Positions 1 to 9,587 of a DNA stretch of 64,000 nucleotides are shown in pieces. A program made the position numbers and the translations under genes. Numbering within the stretch: the stretch's first letter is position 1; each line of letters begins with the position of its first letter. The DNA is from Phycisphaerae bacterium (GTDB lineage Bacteria > Planctomycetota > Phycisphaerae > UBA1845 > PWPN01), in contig JAAYDF010000143.1 in NCBI GenBank assembly GCA_012729395.1, positions 7,971-71,970 of the forward strand, read 5' to 3'. The notes under the pieces are model-generated. The model was not told where the DNA came from. It did not search any database and saw nothing but the letters and a program-made list of their open reading frames with translations.

Positions 1-374
1 ATCACTCGCTGCATTTCCTCCTGGCTGGCATTGGGGCCGGTGATCTGCTCCACGGCCATCCCGATGTTCGCCATCCACACCAGGATGCCCAGGCCCGACA
101 ACGCAACGGCCATGAGAGCCAGCGTCAGCGCCCAGATCGCCAGACTACCGGTCGGTTGAGCTGCTCTGACAGGAGCCGAGCCGGCCGGCGGCAACGGCGG
201 GGCAAACGCGGGTGATACCGGCGAGGCGAGCGGAATCTCGCGACCCGGCCAATCGCTCGTCTGCGGCGCCGTCACTACGTTGCGGCAGTACGGACACGCC
301 ACAGACTGTCCGCCAAGCGGGTCATCCACCTCGATAGGCTGTCGACACGATGGGCATGCAAAACGAATCGCCAT
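1..374 (-). CDS. Partial CDS (C-terminus off-window): zinc-ribbon N-terminus plus transmembrane-segment protein
   Basis: Reverse-strand ATG at 374. Hand translation reads MAIRFACPSCRQPIEVDDPLGGQSVACPYCRNVV (CPxC...CPxC), then a Pro-rich linker, then the hydrophobic stretch LAIWALTLALMAVALSGLGILVW. The frame stays open to position 1. It is absent from the ORF track because it runs off the edge. Confidence 0.5.
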   Translation of the reverse strand, partial: MAIRFACPSCRQPIEVDDPLGGQSVACPYCRNVVTAPQTSDWPGREIPLASPVSPAFAPPLPPAGSAPVRAAQPTGSLAIWALTLALMAVALSGLGILVWMANIGMAVEQITGPNASQEEMQRV

Positions 375-462
375 GCCCGGGCATGATACGCCACCGCCCT
401 TCGCCAGACAAGAGGGGGAAGATGCAGCGAGCAAGGCAGCAAGGACACGAGTGAGCGAAAAC

Positions 463-625
463 CGCATTCGCGTGCCACTGCTCTGTGAGCAGGTACGTTT
501 ATAGCGATCCTTGTGGATATTGCCTTGTCCGCGCTAGGCCCGGCATGAATGCCGGGCCTGGCGCGTGCCGAGTAGGACATTCAATACATACGCGCTCTCT
601 GTGCAGTGTTGCGGGTGCATGGCCT
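463..625. repeat. Palindromic intergenic repeat, family 2 (arm GTGCCACTGCTCTGTGAGCAGGTACG)
   Basis: The left arm gtgccactgctctgtgagcaggtacgtttatagcg recurs at 39018-39245 and 58651-58710. There is an internal 11-bp perfect hairpin, aggcccggcat-gaa-atgccgggcct. The right arm is degenerate. Confidence 0.4.
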
Positions 626-690
626 CCGACGCGAGTCACTCCGCATGATTTCGCGGCTTGCTCGCTCAACTGCTACCTCGCCACCATCCC

Positions 691-3600
691 TCACGGTGCC
701 GCGTTCCCATACAGGGCCATCACCATGGAGATATCCACCACGTTGATTCGCCCGTCCAGGTTCACGTCGTACACGCACGTCGCCGAGGTGATCCCCGCCA
801 GCAGGTGGGTCTTCGTCGCCCCGACGTCGATGAGGTTCAGCACGCCGTCGCCGTTCACATCGCCTTCCAGGCAACGGACCTCGCAGTCCGCGTCGCCCAC
901 CAGCATCTGGTAGGGGGCATCCGCGCCCTTGAACTTGCCCGTCAGGTCGATCGTGTGCCGTGCGCCGTCGGCCAAGCCGGTCAACTCGATCACCAGCTTC
1001 AGCCCGCCGTCCGCCAGACTCACCGCCGTGACCGCGGCCGAGCTGCCGTTGACCAGCACGTCCTCCGCGTCCAGTGTCCCATCCGCCGCCTGTGCCGGAT
1101 GATCAAAAACCACCTCGACCTTCTGCAGCCCGAATCGTCGCGGCTCGGTCACCGGATCCTTGCTACCGTCCGCGTCCAGCACGATGGCCATATCCCCGAC
1201 TTCCAAGGCGTGCTCGCGTACGCTGGCCCACGAGACGATGCTCGGCGGTGGGGCGACCGCGTACAACACGCTGTTGTCCACGCTGGTCGAGGCCTCATTG
1301 GGATTCCCCGCTGCGTCCTGGATCGCGCCGGCCGTCACCGAAGGCTGGACCGTGCCGGCCACGTCGATGGCCGTCACCGAAACGACGTACGTCGTCCCAC
1401 TCCCGCTGACCGCGAAGACCACACCCTCGGCCGTCCCGCCCATGCTCACGCCAGTCTCATCGAAGCCGTCAACAGGCTCGCTGAAGACCACGTCGAACAC
1501 GATCGGCAGGAGCCCCGTCGGGTCATCCTGCTCGGCACCCTGCTCCACCGTGACCGTCGGCGAGCTGTTGTCGATGACCGCCGCTTCGCTTGGGCCGGCC
1601 GCCGGGTTGCCGTTGCCAGCACTGTCCGTCGCGGCATCCGCCACCACGCTCAGGGCCAGCGAGCCGTCGCCCGTGATCCCGCTTACCGTCACCGTATACT
1701 CGGTGCCACTGACCGCTTCGATGGTCACTTCCGTGTTCGCGGTGCCGCTGTGCTGGACAGCCACATCGTCGGAGCTGTCGAACCCACTGACTGCCTCGCT
1801 GAAAACCACGGCGAAGCTCACGCTGTCCGCGTTGGTCGGGCCGGTCGTGGACGGGGTGATCGACACCACGGTCGGCTCCGTGCCGTCGTACTCGAACGGG
1901 CCGTAGCTGAGCGTCGTGGCCGTAGCCACGCCGTCGCCGTTGAAGCTTTGCAGGTGCAGGTAGTACGCGCCGTCGCCATCACCGGGGGCGAGGCTGAGCG
2001 CCCCGGTGTTCCAGTTGGCCTCCGAGCCGGTGAAGCTGTACGAGTCGCTCTTGTTCCACGCGTATTTGAACTGAGCGACCCGGTAGGCGTTGCCGCCGTG
2101 CGAGCCGTCGCCGAAACCGGCCGGGTTCGAGAAGCCAAACAGCGTGCCGGCCGGGTACGTCGTGCCCGTGGATTGGTCGCTCGCCACGTTTTGCCCGATG
2201 GCAGGTGCCGCCGCCAGCGTTCGTTTGCTGCCGCTGGCCGTGCCGGACGACACGCTGTTGCCGTTGCGCGACTCGACCGAGAAGTTGTAGACGGTGTTTC
2301 CGGTGAGCCCCGAGGAGGTCCAGGCATTGGTGTTCTGGACCCAGCCGGAGTTGGTGCCGGCCGTAGCATTGCTGACCCGCACGCCGGATGAGCCGGCAGT
2401 CAGATTGGAGAACGTGCCGGCCGGCGCCGCTTGAATACTCGTCGCCGCCACCGTGCCGAAGGTCAAGCCGGTCGGGGCCTGGATCTTGGTGTACTTGGTG
2501 GTTGAGCCGACGTAGCTGGTGGTGTTCTGCCACGAGCCGCGACCCCCTCCGGTGTTGTCCCGGGCGGCAATGGTGTAGGTGTAGGCCGTGTTGGCCGACA
2601 GCCCGGTGTCGTTGTGCGTGGTGCCCGCCCCCCAGCCGTAAATGCCCGTGCTGCCGCGCTGGACGCGGACGCCGACGTCGCCGCGGCGGTAGCGGTGGCT
2701 GCCCGATGTCTCGCGGAGCTCAGCTGCCCCGTCGGGTGCGCCCGTCGCCCGGTCCGTCGGAATCGACCAGGCGAGATCGATCTGACTGGTGCTGGCGGCC
2801 GTCACCGAGGAGAAGCCCGGGTTGTTGGGAGCCACGCTGTCCACGAATCGCCGCACCCATACCTCGCCGGATTGCAGAGTGCCGTTGTCCTCCGACTTGA
2901 AGTACCAGAGGTTGTGCCCGTTGATGCTGCTGTTGTTGTGAGACCAGCTCGAGCCGCTGCCGGATACCTGGGTCAGAGAGACCGTACCGTTGTATCCCTC
3001 GCGGCGGTAGAGCACTCGTTTGAGGCCGCGCGTGCAGTAGCCGTCGCCGTTGTCGCTGGCCGATCCGCTGAATGATTGCGTCGTGTTGTTGCTGTAGGAC
3101 TCACCGCCCTGGCCACTGGCCGAGATCGACGGGGCCTGGTTGTCCCAGCGAATCCGCTGGAAGTGGGCGTTGGCCGCACTCCAATCTGAGGTGTACCAGC
3201 GGCGGGTCCACAGAACATCATTGCTGCCTTCCGTGTCGGCACGGAAGACGTAGCCCGTGTCGTTGATCCACGGCCCCCAGTTGTTCCAGGACCATTCCCA
3301 CGCCTTGTCGGCGGTCGTGTCCACGCAGGTGTAGGCCCCGGGCCCGCCTTCGTGACTGGCGCCGCCTGTCGTGTTCCAGGTAGCCCCGACGCCGCTGCCG
3401 CAGGTGCCGCCGGCGCCGAGTCCGCCTCCTTCGCTCCAGCTGTCATTGATGCCCCGGCGGTACCACAAATGGCCGTAGCACCCACCGCCTGCCGCCGCCT
3501 CCACCTTGCCCCAGGCGTACATCCAACACACCTGGTCCGTGTTGACCATGCCGCTGGGATGATTGAAACGCAGCATGCCCCGCCATACGGACGGGCCCGT

Positions 3601-5319
3601 CGCCCAGCGCCCGACACGCATCAGGCCCCACGCCCCGTGATTGCAGGTCCCGCCGCTGTAATAGGTGTCCACGCATGTATCCACCGGCCAGTTGTACAAC
3701 TCGCGGGCCGTCTCGAACTCCGGGTCGATGATGACGGGGTAAACCCGAGCCGCATCGGTCAACCACTCCTCGTCGGCCACCACACTGAATACCACCACCC
3801 CATCCGGGCGGGCGGCCATCTCGAAGGTCACCGCCTCCGACAGCGAATCCTCAGGAGCGTATTCACCCATCGTCAGCCACTTGGTGTCGATCATGTACGG
3901 GGCACCGACTCGGCAAATCTGCTCGCCGGACGCGTCCTCGAACCGCACCCATTTGCCCCCGGGGCCGACTTCCCAGCCCGCCCCCGCCGGCAGCTTCATC
4001 TCGAAATCGAACCGATGCCGGCCGGTGTACCGGCTCAGGATGATGTCCTCGTTGAGCTTCTTCTCGATCACCGTGTAGACCAGATCCACCCCTTCCATCA
4101 CCTCAGGGTATGCGATCGTGCCGTCCTCGACCCGAGGCGCCGCCGCCGCCGCGTCCAGAAGCCTGAAGTCGATCGCGAAACCCCGATCGTTGTAGCGATG
4201 GAAGCCGTCCGCCTTCGCGGCAAAGTAAGTCTCAAACGTGTTCGTCTTGTTCTCGTACGCAAACGGGCCCTTGCTGGGCACCAGGTTCAGATCGATCGGA
4301 TGCCACACGCCGGCCGCATCCTGGTAGTTGATCAGGGCCGCGTGCGTCTCGAAGGTGATGGCCCCATCCGGGTGCTGGAAGTAACGCGAGAAGCCCTCAC
4401 GCTTCTCGACCATCTCGATGGCATCCGGAGCGGGTGTATTCTCATGGGTCCAGATGTCACCCGACTTGATCTTGCGGGCTCGCCAGAACAGCCGGGCATC
4501 GCGGGCCACTTCCGGATCCAATTCAGGGGCCGGTCCAAGCTCCTCGGCCGCCAGGAAAGGGTCGACCCGGAAACTCGTCGGCTCAGACCAGGCCGACCAA
4601 TCGTGCCCGTCCCGCACGCGGACTCGCCAATGCCATGTGCCGCTGGCCAGGCCGCGAGGTACGTATCCGCCACTCGACGACCGCCGCTCGCCGCTGTCTT
4701 GCTCGATCGAGGCGAAGTCCAACTCGCTGGAGACCTGCACCTGGTAATGTGTCTGAGTCTGGTTGTCCGCGTCACCGTAGCGCCACGCCAGCAGGTAAGA
4801 GGGGTTGTTGGTTGTCTGGTTGTCCCGGCCGGTGGCGTTGACGGCCACAGGCGGGGTGTTGGCCATGCGGTAGATCCGCCCGCTCGGATCTCCGCCGTAG
4901 CGGCGATCCTTGTTACAGTCAGACTGATTGTCCCCGCTGTACACATACATGACGCAGGAGTAGGTCTGCGGGTAGTTCCCGGGGATGGCTACGTCGTGGT
5001 AGAACCGCCGCTCTGCCGGATCCCAACGCATCTCGACCGCCTGCAGAACGTCCCACCGGCCGTCCTCTGTGCCCAGCCAGATTCGGGCGGAGGCACCGCT
5101 CTGGCTTGGATCCTCGGATTGCCACGATTGCAGCCCATCATCCGAGCCGCCAATGAAGAAGCGAACCGTCTCGCCCTTGCGAACCGTTCCGCTGTCGCCG
5201 GGATCGACCGCCCATGGCGCCGTGACGGCCGCCTGGATTGCGGTGCAGAAACCGCCGATCACCAAGGCGGTGACCAACCCGTTTGTCAGCCATGTGTGGA
5301 ACGTGCTTCTGTGTGTCAT
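691..5319 (-). CDS. Giant secreted multidomain surface protein (Fn3/Ig-like repeats, DNRLRE-like region) with C-terminal double dockerin-type repeat
   Basis: 1542-aa ORF with an N-terminal signal-like TM (LVTALVIGGFCTAIQAAVTAPWA). It contains Fn3-like segments, paired Ig-like repeats (VSFAVVFSEAVSGFD / IVFDVVFSEPVDGFD) and a C-terminal GDVNGDGVLNLIDV...YDVNLDGRINVVDI Ca-binding dockerin pair. Confidence 0.85.
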   Translation of the reverse strand: MTHRSTFHTWLTNGLVTALVIGGFCTAIQAAVTAPWAVDPGDSGTVRKGETVRFFIGGSDDGLQSWQSEDPSQSGASARIWLGTEDGRWDVLQAVEMRWDPAERRFYHDVAIPGNYPQTYSCVMYVYSGDNQSDCNKDRRYGGDPSGRIYRMANTPPVAVNATGRDNQTTNNPSYLLAWRYGDADNQTQTHYQVQVSSELDFASIEQDSGERRSSSGGYVPRGLASGTWHWRVRVRDGHDWSAWSEPTSFRVDPFLAAEELGPAPELDPEVARDARLFWRARKIKSGDIWTHENTPAPDAIEMVEKREGFSRYFQHPDGAITFETHAALINYQDAAGVWHPIDLNLVPSKGPFAYENKTNTFETYFAAKADGFHRYNDRGFAIDFRLLDAAAAAPRVEDGTIAYPEVMEGVDLVYTVIEKKLNEDIILSRYTGRHRFDFEMKLPAGAGWEVGPGGKWVRFEDASGEQICRVGAPYMIDTKWLTMGEYAPEDSLSEAVTFEMAARPDGVVVFSVVADEEWLTDAARVYPVIIDPEFETARELYNWPVDTCVDTYYSGGTCNHGAWGLMRVGRWATGPSVWRGMLRFNHPSGMVNTDQVCWMYAWGKVEAAAGGGCYGHLWYRRGINDSWSEGGGLGAGGTCGSGVGATWNTTGGASHEGGPGAYTCVDTTADKAWEWSWNNWGPWINDTGYVFRADTEGSNDVLWTRRWYTSDWSAANAHFQRIRWDNQAPSISASGQGGESYSNNTTQSFSGSASDNGDGYCTRGLKRVLYRREGYNGTVSLTQVSGSGSSWSHNNSSINGHNLWYFKSEDNGTLQSGEVWVRRFVDSVAPNNPGFSSVTAASTSQIDLAWSIPTDRATGAPDGAAELRETSGSHRYRRGDVGVRVQRGSTGIYGWGAGTTHNDTGLSANTAYTYTIAARDNTGGGRGSWQNTTSYVGSTTKYTKIQAPTGLTFGTVAATSIQAAPAGTFSNLTAGSSGVRVSNATAGTNSGWVQNTNAWTSSGLTGNTVYNFSVESRNGNSVSSGTASGSKRTLAAAPAIGQNVASDQSTGTTYPAGTLFGFSNPAGFGDGSHGGNAYRVAQFKYAWNKSDSYSFTGSEANWNTGALSLAPGDGDGAYYLHLQSFNGDGVATATTLSYGPFEYDGTEPTVVSITPSTTGPTNADSVSFAVVFSEAVSGFDSSDDVAVQHSGTANTEVTIEAVSGTEYTVTVSGITGDGSLALSVVADAATDSAGNGNPAAGPSEAAVIDNSSPTVTVEQGAEQDDPTGLLPIVFDVVFSEPVDGFDETGVSMGGTAEGVVFAVSGSGTTYVVSVTAIDVAGTVQPSVTAGAIQDAAGNPNEASTSVDNSVLYAVAPPPSIVSWASVREHALEVGDMAIVLDADGSKDPVTEPRRFGLQKVEVVFDHPAQAADGTLDAEDVLVNGSSAAVTAVSLADGGLKLVIELTGLADGARHTIDLTGKFKGADAPYQMLVGDADCEVRCLEGDVNGDGVLNLIDVGATKTHLLAGITSATCVYDVNLDGRINVVDISMVMALYGNAAP

Positions 5320-5839
5320 CGCGGTAGCCCTTTCCTAGACCTCAGATATGCCTCCGACGGGTGTCCCATATGCGCTCATCTATCCATGCCGGAGGGGCTG
5401 TGGGAAGTGGTGGCAGGGAAACCGCCGATGGGGGAGTGATACAGGAGTACTATCGGCACATCGCCTTGATGCGACGGCACGTTGTGGCCGCAAGCGCCGA
5501 GCTTCCTGTTCTCCTCCTGTTGCTTATCGTCGCCAGAGCATCGGTCGGTCGTCCCTGCCCAGATGAACCTCCGCGAATCCACCTCGGCTGGACATGCTCA
5601 AGATACTGTACAAACCAGCATACCCTAAAGCCGCCCCCAAGTCGACAGGAATCTTCGCCGTACCCGAAAGCCAGGCCCCGTGTGTGCTTGACACCACGCC
5701 TGGGGTGATCACAATGGAGCTTGGCCGCCGGGGGTGGGCGGCCGACATGTGGAATCGGTTCTGTTTTGCAGGGCGGTTGGCGACGGCAAGAACGCGGCCC
5801 GCGCATGGCGTTCATCGTCGCCTGGTCCAGGGCAGATTG

Positions 5840-6355
5840 ATGGGGACAACGCCGGCACAGGTGGCGATTATTCTGGGCAGCGACTCCGATTGGCCGGTCA
5901 TGCAGGTCTGTTTTCGGCAGTTGCGCGATTTCGGCCTGTTGGTCACCGTGGAGATCCTGTCGGCCCACCGAACGCCCGATAAACTGCGGGAGTTCGTGAT
6001 CGCCGCCACCGCGGCCGGTACCCAGGTTTTCATCACCGCCGCCGGGATGGCCGCTGCCCTCCCCGGTGTCGTTGCCGCGTGCACCACCCGCCCGGTTATC
6101 GGCGTTCCTCTCGCCTCAGGGGCCCTGCAGGGCGTCGACAGCCTGCTGAGCATCGTGCAAATGCCGCCGGGTGTGCCAGTTGCGACTGTGGCTATCGGGG
6201 AGGCTGGAGCCCGTAACGCGGCCGTCCTGGCCGTCCAGATCCTGGCCCTGAGCGACCCCCGGCTGGCTGAGGAACTTCAAAAATTCAAAAGAAACCAGGT
6301 GGATTCGGTCGATAAAAAGAACCAATCTTTGCGGGAGCAGTTGGGCCTTGGCTAA
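5840..6355 (+). CDS. purE: N5-carboxyaminoimidazole ribonucleotide mutase PurE
   Basis: VAIILGSDSDWPVM...LSAHRTPDKL...AAGMAAALPGVVAA.T..PVIGVP is the classic PurE core. The ORF-track start at 5594 adds about 80 non-homologous residues, so the internal ATG at 5840 (MGTTPAQV) is preferred. Confidence 0.88.
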   Translation: MGTTPAQVAIILGSDSDWPVMQVCFRQLRDFGLLVTVEILSAHRTPDKLREFVIAATAAGTQVFITAAGMAAALPGVVAACTTRPVIGVPLASGALQGVDSLLSIVQMPPGVPVATVAIGEAGARNAAVLAVQILALSDPRLAEELQKFKRNQVDSVDKKNQSLREQLGLG

Positions 6356-7403
6356 CCCCCTGTCTTACAAGACAATAGACTGGGTAGGCGGGTTGGACGG
6401 GGCGGTCGAGATGATCGACCAGACGCTCCTGCCCGAGGACGTGAAAATCCTCACGTGCCGCGATGTCGGAACCCTCTGGGAGGCGATCCGCAGCCTCCGC
6501 GTACGAGGGGCACCGGCCATTGGCGTGGCCGCGGCCATGGGGGTTGTCCTGGGAACCCGCGATGCCGCCGATCAGGCGGAGCTCTTTGAGAATCTGACTC
6601 GCGTCTGCGAGTACCTGGCGTCCAGTCGGCCTACGGCAGTCAACCTGTTTTGGGCGTTGGAGCGGATGCGGTCCCGGGCAGAAAGCCTGCGGAACCTGCC
6701 GCTCGAGGAGCTCAAACAGGCCTTGCTGACTGAGGCCCAAGCCGTGCGGGCGGAGGATGCCGCCATCTGCCGGGCCATTGGCCAAGCCGGGCAGCACCTG
6801 ATCCAAGACGGTGCGACGGTGCTGACCCACTGCAATGCGGGCGGGCTGGCCACGGCTGAATATGGGACGGCCCTGGCGATCATGTATGCCGCCCGGGAGA
6901 ATGGCCGGAGATTCCAGGTGTACGCGGACGAGACCCGCCCCCTGTTGCAGGGCGCCAGACTGACCGCCTGGGAATTATTTCGGGCAGGTATTGACGTCAC
7001 CGTGATTTGCGATAATGTGGCGGGTAGCTTGATGAAGGCTGGCCGGATTGGCTTGGTCGTGACTGGGGCGGATCGGATTGCCGCCAACGGTGACGCGGCC
7101 AATAAGATCGGCACTTACAGCCTTGCTGTATTGGCCCAGGCTCATGGCGTGCCCTTCTATGTGGCCGCCCCGAGGTCGACTTTCGACCTGAGCTTGGAGA
7201 ACGGCGAGGCCATTCCGATCGAGGTCCGACCGGCTGAGGAAGTCAGTCAGGTTTTTGGTAGGGTCGTGGTCCCGGAAGGGGTCGGGTGTTATAATCCGGC
7301 CTTTGATGTGACGCCGGCTCGGTTGATCCGGGGAATCGTCACGGAGCAAGGGATTATCGAACCGGTTCACCGCGACCGGATCCGTGAAGTTTTTGCGGGA
7401 TAA
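6348..7403 (+). CDS. mtnA: S-methyl-5-thioribose-1-phosphate isomerase (eIF-2B alpha/beta/delta family)
   Basis: MIDQTLLP...LRVRGAPAIGVAAA...THCNAG.LAT..YGTAL...TGADRIAANGD.ANKIGTY motifs. TTG start overlapping the purE stop by 8 nt. Confidence 0.82.
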   Translation: MANPLSYKTIDWVGGLDGAVEMIDQTLLPEDVKILTCRDVGTLWEAIRSLRVRGAPAIGVAAAMGVVLGTRDAADQAELFENLTRVCEYLASSRPTAVNLFWALERMRSRAESLRNLPLEELKQALLTEAQAVRAEDAAICRAIGQAGQHLIQDGATVLTHCNAGGLATAEYGTALAIMYAARENGRRFQVYADETRPLLQGARLTAWELFRAGIDVTVICDNVAGSLMKAGRIGLVVTGADRIAANGDAANKIGTYSLAVLAQAHGVPFYVAAPRSTFDLSLENGEAIPIEVRPAEEVSQVFGRVVVPEGVGCYNPAFDVTPARLIRGIVTEQGIIEPVHRDRIREVFAG

Positions 7404-7672
7404 GGGTTGCAAAGCTCAAGAAACTGTGTAAGATTCCGCCCCTTAGATCCGGAATCGCGGTCCACCCAGGGGTGGAGTGGTTGCGGCGGATCGATCGCAG
7501 AAGGCCTGCAGGGATCGGCTGGGTCGGCGCGGCTTGGCGATCGAGCAGTGAAAAATAGAGGACCATGCGTTTTTTACCGAGGCTAACGGCGCGGCGGAGG
7601 AGCCGCGGGTGCAAGCTTCGTTGGCCTCCCTGATGAGAGGCCTATCTTGTTCCCTTCTAAAGGAGGCTCACG

Positions 7673-7864
7673 ATGTCGAAGTGGAGCAGGCTCAGACTGG
7701 CGGTGTTGGTGGCTGCATCGACACTGCCGACATTGGTTTGGCAGGCTGGTTGTGCGACGGTGAAGATCCCTCTCTTGCTCCCGGGTCTCCCGGGCTTCAC
7801 CTTGCCGGACGGCTGGTACCAGCGTGTCATTCAGTACGTTGTGATCGCCAACATCTTCGATTGA
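7673..7864 (+). CDS. Small secreted/lipoprotein-like protein P1 (63 aa)
   Basis: AAAGGAGG sits 6 nt upstream of the ATG. Sequence: MSKWSRLRLAVLVAASTLPTLVWQAGC-ATVKIPLLLPG..., giving a signal peptide plus lipobox-like Cys. Paralogous to P3. Confidence 0.6.
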   Translation: MSKWSRLRLAVLVAASTLPTLVWQAGCATVKIPLLLPGLPGFTLPDGWYQRVIQYVVIANIFD

Positions 7865-7993
7865 TGGGGTCGGCTGCAGCGTACCGCGGGTTTGCCGGCG
7901 GGAGCCTTGCGTAAGGCTGCCCGGCGGCGGGCTCGGGGATGGGTTTGCATGCCCCCTGAGTGGGGGCCATCAGTACTACGAGGAGACTGAAAA

Positions 7994-8119
7994 ATGTCGA
8001 AGAAGCTTTGGGTCAAATGGAGTTTGCTGTTCGCGACCTCGGCGGTTGCGGTCTTCGGGTTCGGCGCTTGTATCGCCGACTTCCTGATGATGAACTTCAT
8101 TCTGCGCGGAGTCAACTGA
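7994..8119 (+). CDS. Small secreted/lipoprotein-like protein P2 (41 aa; below the ORF-track cutoff)
   Basis: AGGAG lies 8 nt upstream of the ATG. Hand translation: MSKKLWVKWSLLFATSAVAVFGFGACIADFLMMNFILRGVN*. It has the same MSK start and architecture as P1. Confidence 0.45.
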   Translation: MSKKLWVKWSLLFATSAVAVFGFGACIADFLMMNFILRGVN

Positions 8120-8268
8120 GTAGTTGGAGACGGCTGGGCTTGTGCCGGCATGTTCCGGGACAGGCCTGTGGAACCGTGGGGTTCGGCCGCGTCCCGGGCT
8201 CGCCCGTGGTGAGGTTCGGTGGATCGAGGGTTGAACCTGATCATTCAAGACACAAACGGAGGCTCGCA

Positions 8269-8451
8269 ATGTTCAAAAGACTGACGACCTGGTCTTATTT
8301 GGCTGCCTTGTCGGCGGCCTGTGTATTCCAGCTCGGCGGGTGTGCCAGCGTCAAGATTCCGCTGCCGCTCCCGCTGTTCTCTTACAGCCTGGATCTGGAT
8401 GCGCTGCCGCGGATCATCATCGCCATCCTGAACGAGGAATTGTTCGGTTAA
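8269..8451 (+). CDS. Small secreted/lipoprotein-like protein P3 (60 aa)
   Basis: Internal ATG of ORF 7960..8451, preceded by ACGGAGG. Sequence: MFKRLTTWSYLAALSAACVFQLGGC-ASVKIPLPLPL...RIIIAILNEELFG. It shares the post-Cys VKIPL motif and tail with P1. Confidence 0.6.
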   Translation: MFKRLTTWSYLAALSAACVFQLGGCASVKIPLPLPLFSYSLDLDALPRIIIAILNEELFG

Positions 8452-8623
8452 TCACGGCGGCACGTGGCTCGGCAAGCCCGTGGGTGAAGCAGGGCTCGTT
8501 GGCTGTTGCGGCCGAGGGGCTCTTGCCAGCCCGGGGCCTGTCGGAGGGCGCCTGGCCCAGTATGCCCACGGCAGAAGCCGGACCAGGCTTGTGACAATTC
8601 TACCATCGATGGAGGTCATTGTT

Positions 8624-8803
8624 ATGAAACGGTTGATGAGAGTCCTTTTGATCGCCGCTCTCGCGGTGCCCATGTTTCAGTTGGGTTGCCTGCAGAAGAC
8701 CGATGTGGACGGTGGTTGGGACGTTCTGCGACCCAATCCCGGTGCGCTGATTTGCGCCCGTATCCCGGCCCAGATCAGGAACCTGATTCTGATCTGCCGG
8801 TAA
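8624..8803 (+). CDS. Small secreted/lipoprotein-like protein P4 (59 aa)
   Basis: Internal ATG of ORF 8480..8803 with GGAGG 8 nt upstream. Sequence: MKRLMRVLLIAALAVPMFQLGC-LQKTDVDGG...IRNLILICR. Confidence 0.55.
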   Translation: MKRLMRVLLIAALAVPMFQLGCLQKTDVDGGWDVLRPNPGALICARIPAQIRNLILICR

Positions 8804-8929
8804 GCTAAGACCGCCCAAGGGTGCGAGCCGTGAAGCGCCGCTTTGCCTGAACGGCAAGGGCGGCACGGCCGGCCAGCAGAAGTGCGCTGCTCAAGTTGAG
8901 CGGTGCTTCATGGGCGCTCCGATTCAAAG

Positions 8930-8972
8930 CAGCTTCCCCGCCCTGACTGAGGCGGGGAAGCTGTCTTCTTTT
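8930..8972 (+). terminator. Intrinsic terminator after P1-P4
   Basis: A 13-bp perfect stem, cagcttccccgcc / ggcggggaagctg, with an 8-nt loop, followed by tcttctttt. Confidence 0.6.
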
Positions 8973-9204
8973 GGCAGGGCACTTCCGCTGTCCACGCAAG
9001 CCTGGATCCAGCCCGAAAAGCCACCCGAGCAAGCCTCGCCCGCGCTCCCTGGAGCGGAACACGACTACGTCAGCAAGGCGGCTGTTGCCGCCTTGCATGG
9101 ACGCTTGGGGGACTCTATACTGCCGCAGGTTACGGGCGATGGGGCATGACGCCGGCGGTGCCGCCTTGGGGCGGACGGGTTGCGGCGGCCTTGGGAGGTA
9201 TGCC

Positions 9205-9513
9205 ATGATGAACAGGCGATGGACGCGCATTTGGGTCTGGCTGAGCATGTTTCTGGCGGGGGCGACGGTTTTTCAGACCGGCGGGTTCACCACTAGGAAT
9301 GGAGCGATCTCCGGCGGCTGCAGCGACTTCTGGATCAACGGCGCGGCGACATCGGTCGATTTCTGTTACCTCCTGGATTGCGAGAACGGTTTTTTCGGCG
9401 GACTGATTCAGCCCTGCGACCCCAATAATCCTTTGCTCGTCGATTGCACGCCGGCGGGTGGAGACACGGACGATGACGAGGAGCAGGACGAGGAGGAGGA
9501 GGAAGACCAGTAA
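9205..9513 (+). CDS. Small secreted Cys-rich protein P5 (102 aa) with poly-acidic C-terminus
   Basis: Internal ATG of ORF 8971..9513 with GGGAGG upstream. Sequence: MMNRRWTRIWVWLSMFLAGATVFQTGG signal, five Cys, and a DTDDDEEQDEEEEEDQ tail. Confidence 0.6.
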   Translation: MMNRRWTRIWVWLSMFLAGATVFQTGGFTTRNGAISGGCSDFWINGAATSVDFCYLLDCENGFFGGLIQPCDPNNPLLVDCTPAGGDTDDDEEQDEEEEEDQ

Positions 9514-9587
9514 GCAGGTTTTGGGTGGAAGTATGCGGGTTGTGGTGGTGTCCGTGAGGGCGGCGATCTGGCAAAAGGGTGTGAGCG

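Noticed and set aside
275-913. ORFs 275..580(-), 280..504(+), 485..913(+) and 581..874(-)
   Set aside because: They overlap the family-2 palindromic repeat, the start of the zinc-ribbon gene or the 3' end of the giant gene. Their compositions are non-protein-like.
658-5439. Long plus-strand ORFs (658..2391, 577 aa; 3352..5439, 695 aa; and many of 60-250 aa) overlapping the 1542-aa minus-strand gene
   Set aside because: They lie antisense to, or out of frame with, a gene that has clear domain content. Their translations are Arg/His/Pro/Gly-rich with no motifs, which is the typical shadow-ORF artefact of high-GC DNA.
5594-5839. N-terminal 82-aa extension of the purE ORF as given in the track
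   Set aside because: The extension has no PurE homology. Conserved PurE sequence begins right after the internal ATG at 5840.
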